In this document: positions 8,615-15,054 of the stretch, piece by piece
How positions within the stretch are numbered: position 1 is the first letter of the stretch
Layout of the letters: the number at the start of each line of letters is the position of its first letter
Assembly: GCA_038046605.1 (NCBI GenBank)
Contig: JBBSVW010000079.1
Location: 1-29,718, forward strand
Reading direction: 5' to 3'
Source: Candidatus Micrarchaeota archaeon
GTDB lineage: Archaea > Micrarchaeota > Micrarchaeia > Norongarragalinales > SBBD01
Length of the DNA: 29,718 nt
Made by a program: the position numbers and the translations under genes
Notes under the pieces: generated by a model
Seen by the model: the letters and a program-made list of their open reading frames with translations, nothing else
What the model was told of the DNA's origin: nothing
The model's database searches: none

Positions 8615-9142
8615 TTATTTTTTCGAAATCTTCCCAAGCCCATCCGGCCTCATGGTAAGGGCAATTTTCGAATTCGGGATGGTGTCCTTGAAGGATACCG
8701 TTGCAACTTTTGCCCTCACAAGATCGCCCTTCTTGATTGTCTTCTTGCTGTTCTTCCCAATGAGCTGCGTGTTCTTCTTATCGTAGCTCAAAAACTCATT
8801 TGCAACCTGCGAAACGTGGACCAGCCCATCAATTGGCCCAAGCCTGACAAAGGCGCCAAACTCGACGATTTCGGACACTTCCCCCTCAAGCACCTCATTG
8901 ACCTCCAATGCAAAAACAAGAGCATCATATTTGACATCAAAATAAGCCGCGCCATCTCCGGGCAGTATTTTCCCATCGCCCTTGATCTTCGCATTGAAAA
9001 TCCCAAGCATGATCCCGTAATTCTTATCGACAGTCCTTTCGTACCTTTCCCTAAGCATCTTTTCAGCCGCATCATTTAGCTTTAGCCCAAAAAGGTTTGG
9101 GGGAATGCGCACGGAATCCTCGAATGTTATCAATTTGTACAT
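8615..9142 (-). CDS. rpo7: DNA-directed RNA polymerase subunit E' (Rpo7)
   Basis: 'VRIPP..FG', 'GDGAAY', 'EVLEGEV..IVEFGAFVRLGPIDGLVHVSQ', 'KIALTMR..GLGK'. Confidence 0.96.
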   Translation of the reverse strand: MYKLITFEDSVRIPPNLFGLKLNDAAEKMLRERYERTVDKNYGIMLGIFNAKIKGDGKILPGDGAAYFDVKYDALVFALEVNEVLEGEVSEIVEFGAFVRLGPIDGLVHVSQVANEFLSYDKKNTQLIGKNSKKTIKKGDLVRAKVATVSFKDTIPNSKIALTMRPDGLGKISKK

Positions 9143-9157
9143 ATGTTCTCACCATTT

Positions 9158-11143
9158 TCAAAGAAGTTGTATGGCATATTTTGCAATCATTGCGCCCGCA
9201 ATCAGGGAAACCGTATTTAGCACCTTGATTAGGGCATTAAGCGCAGGCCCGGCCGTATCCTTGAATGGATCGCCAACCGTATCGCCAACTACTGCTGCCA
9301 TATGCGCATCCGATCCCTTCCCGCCAAATTTCCCATCCTCAATGTATTTCTTGGCATTATCCCAGGCCGCGCCGGTATTTGCCATGAATAGCGCAAGCAG
9401 CAAGCCGGAAATGATTGCGCCTGCAAGCATCCCCCCTAGTGCCTCGACGCCAAATATCAATCCCACCACAAGAGGCGATAGCACTGCGATAAGCGCCGGC
9501 ACCATCAATTCGCGAAGCGCTCCTTGCGTTGCAATATCGACGCACTTTGCATAATTTGGTTTTGCCTTCCCCTGCATTATCCCCTTGATTGTTTTAAACT
9601 GGTGCCTAACCTCCTCCACCATCTTGAATGCGGCATTCCCAACCGCCTGCATCAAAAAGCTTGCGAAAACAAATGGCAAAAGCCCCCCAATGAACAGCCC
9701 CACCACTACTAGCGGATTTAGGATATTGATATTTGTGAGATTCACTTCAATTGCATAAGCTGCAAATAAAGAGAGCGCCGAAAGCGCCGCCGAGGCAATT
9801 GCGAATCCCTTGGTTGTTGCCTTGGTTGTGTTTCCAACGGCATCAAGGGCATCCGTCACCTTCCTAACCCCTTCCGGAAGGTTGCTCATTTCTGCAATCC
9901 CCCCTGCATTATCCGTGATTGGGCCGTATGAATCAATTGCTACAATTATCCCGGTTGTTGCAAGCATTGCAGATGCCGCAAGCGCAATTCCATAAACTCC
10001 CGCAACCGAATAAGAAATGATGATTCCAAGGACAATTGCAATCACTGGGAGCGCCGTGCTCTTCATGCCAATTGCCATTCCTGAAATCAGGTTTGTGGCA
10101 GCGCCCGTCCTGCTTGCCTGCGCAATCTGCGATACTGCATTGCTTTCCTTAACCGTGTAATGCTCTGTAATTTTGCTTATAGCTACTGTTAGTGCAAGGC
10201 CCACAAGTCCCGCATACCAGTAGTTGATCCCAACTCCTATGAGTGAGAATGCAAAGAACAAGAAGCCCGCAAGCATGATTACCGTTGAAAATGTGCCCTT
10301 ATCCAGTGCGTGCATGATATTCTTGCTTGCTCCAAGCCTCACAAATTGCGCTCCAATTATGGATGCAAAAATCCCAAGGCCCCCGACGACAAGCGGGAGC
10401 ATCACCAATAGCTCGCTTCCAAGGCTGATGCCAAGAAGCATTGCCGCAATAACTGTGACAACAAAGCTCTCGAATAAATCCGCGCCCATGCCTGCGCAAT
10501 CTCCGACGTTGTCCCCGACATTATCCGCGATAACTGCCGGATTCCGCGGATCGTCCTCAGGAATCCCCTTCTCAAGCTTCCCAACCAAATCCGCGCCAAC
10601 ATCGGCTGCCTTGGTGAAAATGCCCCCACCAACCCTGGCGAAAAGTGAAATAAGTGACGCCCCAACCCCAAAGCCAATAAGTGCCGAAATATCCTTCATT
10701 GGCAGGTAAAATACAATGGTAATAAGTGTTACGCCAAGAAGGCCAAGGCCAACTACTGAAAAGCCTGTTACCGAGCCTCCCTTGAATGCCAAATCAAGCG
10801 CGCCCTTAAGGCCGCTTTTTGCCTCTTCAGCTGTCCTCACATTTGCCCTAACTGAAATGCTCATGCCAATGACTCCAGCTAAATACGAAAGCGCCGCCCC
10901 GAAAACAAATCCGATTGCGGCATTTATCCCGATGAAATACCAAACAAGCGCCCCAACTACCACTGCGAACAATGCAATTGTCTGCAGTTGCCTCTTCAAG
11001 TACGCATAAGCGCCATCAGAAATGGCTTTTGCAATCTCCCTCATCTTAGGGGTGCCGGATGGCTTTTCCATTATCTGCCTAACCACATAGTAGGCATATA
11101 TGATTGCCGCAATTCCCGAAACCATTGCAAAGTATTCCAGCAT
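9158..11143 (-). CDS. hppA: Membrane-bound H+-translocating pyrophosphatase, K+-independent type
   Basis: 'GGGIFTKAADVGADLVGK', 'EDDPRNPAVIADNVGDNVGD', 'DTVGDPFKDT'. 'GNTTKATTKG' has Lys at the K+-dependence determinant. Start ATG11143 (GGTGA upstream) or GTG11155. Confidence 0.96.
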   Translation of the reverse strand: MLEYFAMVSGIAAIIYAYYVVRQIMEKPSGTPKMREIAKAISDGAYAYLKRQLQTIALFAVVVGALVWYFIGINAAIGFVFGAALSYLAGVIGMSISVRANVRTAEEAKSGLKGALDLAFKGGSVTGFSVVGLGLLGVTLITIVFYLPMKDISALIGFGVGASLISLFARVGGGIFTKAADVGADLVGKLEKGIPEDDPRNPAVIADNVGDNVGDCAGMGADLFESFVVTVIAAMLLGISLGSELLVMLPLVVGGLGIFASIIGAQFVRLGASKNIMHALDKGTFSTVIMLAGFLFFAFSLIGVGINYWYAGLVGLALTVAISKITEHYTVKESNAVSQIAQASRTGAATNLISGMAIGMKSTALPVIAIVLGIIISYSVAGVYGIALAASAMLATTGIIVAIDSYGPITDNAGGIAEMSNLPEGVRKVTDALDAVGNTTKATTKGFAIASAALSALSLFAAYAIEVNLTNINILNPLVVVGLFIGGLLPFVFASFLMQAVGNAAFKMVEEVRHQFKTIKGIMQGKAKPNYAKCVDIATQGALRELMVPALIAVLSPLVVGLIFGVEALGGMLAGAIISGLLLALFMANTGAAWDNAKKYIEDGKFGGKGSDAHMAAVVGDTVGDPFKDTAGPALNALIKVLNTVSLIAGAMIAKYAIQLL

Positions 11144-11334
11144 TTCTTGTTTCACCTAATTTTCAAGATTTGGCCATTTTGGCTAGTTTGCTTATTCTTC
11201 CATATCGCAAGATAAGCCTTCAATTCAAGGAAGAAATAGAGGGAATTATTATTGGGGAAAATGATTAAAAAGACGACTATTGGCTCTTTTGGAGAGGAAA
11301 AATTAGTTATACGCAAATATGCCTGCCCCAAAAA

Positions 11335-12039
11335 TCACTTGATCCATTCCGGAGTGATGAGGCCAAATGGCATATCTCCCAGGTGCTTTTTGTAAAATGC
11401 CCTTTTCCTCCTGAGTTCATCCAAGCTAAGCCTCCTATCCTGCCAAATGTTTACCCGCAATATCTGGTTGGGAGTGCTTTTTCCAATAGATGAATTGGAA
11501 TAGGGCGCGAGCATTTCAAGTTGATATGCATCGCCTTCCGTTTCTTTGCCTCCAGACCTAAACGGATGCCTCAACTGTATGCCTCTTCTTCTTTCAAAAT
11601 CTACATTAGGCTCATGTTTGCCTACAAAACCAGTCTTCAAAATTGATTTCAGGGTATCCAGCACGTCTTGCCCGCCAGTTCCTCTCATGATTGTATGCAA
11701 AAGCGGAAGCTGATAAATTGCAATATTTCCACTCCTTAATTTCCTGAGCTGAAGCACAATGTCTCCCATCGGTAGCCTAAATGTTGCAGTATCCTTGCCA
11801 TGCCTATAATTGGGCCAATTCTTCCCAATTTCGGCCATCAATTTCTCCCTAATTGAATTAATTTTCTTTCCTTTTCCAAATCGCAATCCTGCTGGCAAAC
11901 TAACTGGCCCGATTTTAACTGGGAAAAATAGTTCAGAAATAGTGGACGCCTTTACCTGCTTTAGCTCATCAATCGTCCCCTTGAAAAAAACAAGCGGGGC
12001 AGCGCCTTTACGGCTCGATTCCCTGCGATAAATTGGCAT
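11335..12039 (-). CDS. Hypothetical basic protein (possible ADP-ribosyltransferase-like fold in the C-terminal half)
   Basis: 234-aa ORF with no competing long ORF; weak 'LLHT...LKSILKTGF' pattern. Confidence 0.6.
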   Translation of the reverse strand: MPIYRRESSRKGAAPLVFFKGTIDELKQVKASTISELFFPVKIGPVSLPAGLRFGKGKKINSIREKLMAEIGKNWPNYRHGKDTATFRLPMGDIVLQLRKLRSGNIAIYQLPLLHTIMRGTGGQDVLDTLKSILKTGFVGKHEPNVDFERRRGIQLRHPFRSGGKETEGDAYQLEMLAPYSNSSIGKSTPNQILRVNIWQDRRLSLDELRRKRAFYKKHLGDMPFGLITPEWIK

Positions 12040-12109
12040 ACTATTAAGCGGTTTTTAGGAAATAATAAACTGAGTATATGGATTAACTGGACGATTTTGC
12101 AATCAGGCT

Positions 12110-12490
12110 TCATCCAATATCCACGTGCCCCTTGCCGCGCATCCCAATTGTCCTAACTTTTAGCTTTTTGAGCTTCGCCTTAAGCTCCTTATCCAATGTC
12201 GCAACGTAAAACTCCTCCGAATTGTTCTTTTCCGAATACTCCAAAATAATTTCGTCGGTTTTTCCCTGCACCTTCACTATTTCGAATTTGCCCCTAAGCC
12301 TATTGATGAACGAAAGCATCGTCCTAGCGTACATCCTTTCCCTGCCCCTAAGCGATCTCAATTCCGCAAGTGTGCTCGAAAGCAGTATGAATTTCACACC
12401 CCCGGCAAGCGCCCTGTCTATCTCCTCGAAAATATCCACATGGTTCGTGAATGGTATCAGGAGGAAATTCGTATCCAAAAGAACTTTCAT
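12110..12490 (-). CDS. PIN-domain protein, archaeal Fcf1/Utp23-like (VapC9-like)
   Basis: 'MKVLLDTNFLLIP...VDIFEEI', 'EL..L', 'D', 'VATLDKELK'; GGTGG before ATG12490. This family normally precedes rpoE'. Confidence 0.88.
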   Translation of the reverse strand: MKVLLDTNFLLIPFTNHVDIFEEIDRALAGGVKFILLSSTLAELRSLRGRERMYARTMLSFINRLRGKFEIVKVQGKTDEIILEYSEKNNSEEFYVATLDKELKAKLKKLKVRTIGMRGKGHVDIG

Positions 12491-12514
12491 ATCCACCACT
12501 TGATAATAAGAAAA

Positions 12515-12788
12515 CGGGCTCGGCGGGATTTCCATGCCTTGCTTTTCTTTTGCAACCGGGCAGAACACTGTTCTGCACGGCCCCGAAGAACTTTCGTTCT
12601 TCGCGGAAAAGAAAAGCGGTGGCGCCGCAAAAGAAAACGGATTTCATTTGCATATCAAAACAAACTGCTTCCCAAAGAGGGGGAGCGAGCAGTCTGCTCA
12701 AGGGGGATGCTTCCCCCGACGCAGACATTTGAACCCACGGCCTTCTGGTTAAAAGCCAGACGCTCTAGCCAAGCTGAGCTACGAGCCC
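12515..12788 (-). tRNA. tRNA-Lys(UUU) with a 199-nt intervening sequence in the T-loop (best fit 59/60; intron 12529..12727)
   Basis: 5' part: GGGCTCG TA GCTC AGCTTGGCTA GAGC G TCTGG CTTTTAA CCAGA AGGCC GTGGG TTCAAA. 3' part: T CCCGC CGAGCCC G (12528..12515). Joined, they give a complete 75-nt cloverleaf. Confidence 0.93.
12535..12638. repeat. Structured palindromic element, copy B (inside the tRNA-Lys insert)
   Basis: Core 12555..12606 (ACCGGGCAGAAC-act-GTTCTGCACGGCCCCGAAGAAC-tttc-GTTCTTCGCGG) lies between GCTTTTCTTTT and AAAAGAAAAGC inverted repeats; homologous to 7835..7941. Confidence 0.85.
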
Positions 12789-12915
12789 GTTAATTGCGAA
12801 AAAGGGGCATCGATCCCATTTAAATTTGGGAAGGCATGCCCCCCACCTCCTAAATTAGCAGGGCAACATTTAAAATAAACGCATCAATAAGCATTCACGT
12901 TGTTTGGGTGATCAA

Positions 12916-13512
12916 ATGCTCGTATTCCTTCTTGGCGTTAAGGCTGTTGGCAAAAGCAAGCTAACCGCCGAGCTTAACACATTCCTTGGGGGCAAAATCA
13001 ATGAAATCTCATATGGGGATGTGATGCTTGAAATCGGGAAGGAAAAAGGCATAATCACTGATAGGGAGCAGATTGCCAAATTGCCAAGTGCCACCCAGAA
13101 TCAAATAAGGCAGGCGGCTGCCGAAAGGATAAGGGCGCTTGCGGACAAGGAGGATTTTGTCTTCCTCAATACCCACGGCTACATCTATACCATTCCCCAT
13201 CACACCTATTTGCCCGGTTCGCCGGATTCCGTTTCAGACCTCCTTAAGCCAAACCTTCTCTTGCTGGTGGAAGCCGAGCCCGAGGCGATAATTGCCAGAA
13301 GGAAGATGGATTTGGAAAAGACCGGCAGGCAGCGCGAGATTGGGACAGTTCCGGAAGTTGCGGAAGCGCTATTCTACGAGCGCATTTCAGCCGTCCACAT
13401 CTCCATGCGCTACGCATGCGACCTTAAGCCCTTTGACAACACGAAGGCGGTTGATGAAAATACGGCGGAAATCTCAAAACTTTCTGAAATGTTCAAGGGA
13501 ATGGTGAAATAG
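12916..13512 (+). CDS. adkA: Archaeal adenylate kinase (AdkA family, somewhat divergent)
   Basis: P-loop 'GVKAVGKS', 'SYGDVMLE', 'DRE.I.KL', 'NTHG', 'YLPG.P', 'EAEPE.I..RR..D..R.R'. Confidence 0.85.
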   Translation: MLVFLLGVKAVGKSKLTAELNTFLGGKINEISYGDVMLEIGKEKGIITDREQIAKLPSATQNQIRQAAAERIRALADKEDFVFLNTHGYIYTIPHHTYLPGSPDSVSDLLKPNLLLLVEAEPEAIIARRKMDLEKTGRQREIGTVPEVAEALFYERISAVHISMRYACDLKPFDNTKAVDENTAEISKLSEMFKGMVK

Positions 13513-13599
13513 TGCTTATATCGTTATAGGCGTTGGGTTGCTGCAATTGCAACTGTCCCCTTCATTTTGCCCGCAATTTTACCTCTTCAAGGAAAAAAT

Positions 13600-14322
13600 A
13601 TGATTTCAAGCAAAAAAAGGGGCCAAACCGCAATTGAATACGTAATGATAGTTGGCGGCGCGATCCTATTTGTCGTGCTGGTTGTGATTATTATAAGGCA
13701 GCTGACAAGCAAGGAAACCCTAAGGATCACAAACGACACAATAAAACTGCAGGATTGCCTTTTGCGCCCGGGGGTTTTATTTTTCGATAATTTTGACGAG
13801 GCAATAGCAGGCAAATGGACCTCCATCCGCGGCAGCTGGGCCTATCAAAACGGGAAGCTTGTACAGGTCCAGGTTGGAGGGCAAACCGCTATTTACTTGA
13901 TAAACGGAAAATTATTCGATAATTTCACGATGGAATTCAGGACCAAGCTGAATTTTGACGGCACAAACGGAAATTACCCCGGAATTGTTTTTCGTTCAAA
14001 TCGCCTTGCCTCGAATTTCTATCTTGTAAAAATAGGAAGGTTCGATGTTTCCAACGTATTCTTCCTCATAAGGAAGGAATATATTACAAGCAAAGGAAGC
14101 GGCTCCTATACTTTTGAATCTGTTGAACCTGAAGTTGAAGTCACTATTAAAATTAGGGTATATGGACAAATAATGCAGATATACTTGAACGGCAAAAAGA
14201 TAGGAACCAGCTTTCCTTTGACCGAATACAATTCGGGTTTAATTGGCTTAATTGCAGCTAGTTCAAATACAAATGCCGCCCTGCCAGCGGAGTTCGACAC
14301 CGTCTGCGTCTACAAAGAGTAG
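13600..14322 (+). CDS. Class III signal-peptide (pilin-like) protein with a ConA/LamG-like (DUF1080-like) beta-sandwich
   Basis: 'KKRG|QTAIEY' plus a hydrophobic helix; 'FFDNFD...W....GSW', 'GIVFR', 'IYLNG', 'G.IGL', 'AEFD'. Confidence 0.8.
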   Translation: MISSKKRGQTAIEYVMIVGGAILFVVLVVIIIRQLTSKETLRITNDTIKLQDCLLRPGVLFFDNFDEAIAGKWTSIRGSWAYQNGKLVQVQVGGQTAIYLINGKLFDNFTMEFRTKLNFDGTNGNYPGIVFRSNRLASNFYLVKIGRFDVSNVFFLIRKEYITSKGSGSYTFESVEPEVEVTIKIRVYGQIMQIYLNGKKIGTSFPLTEYNSGLIGLIAASSNTNAALPAEFDTVCVYKE

Positions 14323-14376
14323 CCAGTGGCGCCTAGGGATACTTTTTTTAAGCGCCGTTCCGTTCCGATTCCTGCC

Positions 14377-15033
14377 ATGATCGGATTCCAAACCCCCAAA
14401 ACGCGCGGACAAACCGCACTCGAATACGTGATGATAATTGGCGGAGCCATTATGTTCGTCGTCCTTGTTGTCATCATCCTGCGCTCTGGCATACTCTCTG
14501 GCGGAGTAGCTGATGTCCAGAAAAAGTCTGAAGATTACCAGAAAACCTACCTCCAAAACTACCTTGTTTTCGAGAATTTCAACACTGGCACTTCCAAGAA
14601 ATGGTCGCCAAGCCCGGGGCCAACAATCCAGAATGGGAGGCTCAAGCTGCTTTCGGGCGAGCAATTCACGGTGCAGGGCACATTTACAAATTTTACATTA
14701 GAGGCAACTGGCAAAAGGACAGGCGGTGGGGGGAAATTCGGCGTTATTTTAAGATCCCTTGGAACCAGGTCCTATCAGGTTTACCTGGATGGATCCAATG
14801 TTGTATTGATTGGCAACAATGCGCTGCCGGCATCCGTTCCTGCGCTTTTTGCTTATTCGGACAATATTGACGCGACCTTGAAAGTAGCAGCCTATTCGAA
14901 CAATATCGAGGTTTTTGTGAATGGCGTATCGAAGTTCAAAATCACAAATGCTGACGCCTTTATGGGATCTGCCGGAGTTTATACTGACGGGGTAACTTCT
15001 GCCGAGTTCGACTCCTTCCGCATATCAAAATAA
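14377..15033 (+). CDS. Class III signal-peptide (pilin-like) protein with a ConA/LamG-like domain, paralog 2
   Basis: 'KTRG|QTALEY' plus a hydrophobic helix; 'FENFN...W', 'FGVILR', 'VFVNG', 'G.AGVY', 'AEFD'. Confidence 0.8.
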   Translation: MIGFQTPKTRGQTALEYVMIIGGAIMFVVLVVIILRSGILSGGVADVQKKSEDYQKTYLQNYLVFENFNTGTSKKWSPSPGPTIQNGRLKLLSGEQFTVQGTFTNFTLEATGKRTGGGGKFGVILRSLGTRSYQVYLDGSNVVLIGNNALPASVPALFAYSDNIDATLKVAAYSNNIEVFVNGVSKFKITNADAFMGSAGVYTDGVTSAEFDSFRISK

Positions 15034-15054
15034 CCGCCATAACCGTGTGATTCA

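Noticed and set aside
9158-11143. Na+-pumping, K+-dependent pyrophosphatase
   Set aside because: The GNTTKA..KG lysine signature indicates the K+-independent, H+-pumping group.
12515-12528. Displaced tRNA 3' end as the attR of an integrated element, or a trans-spliced split tRNA half
   Set aside because: The upstream part has no restored 3' end, and both parts are collinear on one strand 199 nt apart with no integrase, so a cis intervening sequence is simpler.
12529-12727. Group I self-splicing intron or C/D-box guide RNA in tRNA-Lys
   Set aside because: I could not find P7/R-S core motifs, a U-G 5' splice site combined with a terminal G, or RUGAUGA/CUGA boxes. A relaxed bulge-helix-bulge explains the junction better.
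12348-12793. ORFs over the tRNA-Lys region, including the 5' extension of the PIN gene to 12568
   Set aside because: They overlap the tRNA and its palindromic insert. The PIN domain begins at ATG12490 with its own SD-like sequence.
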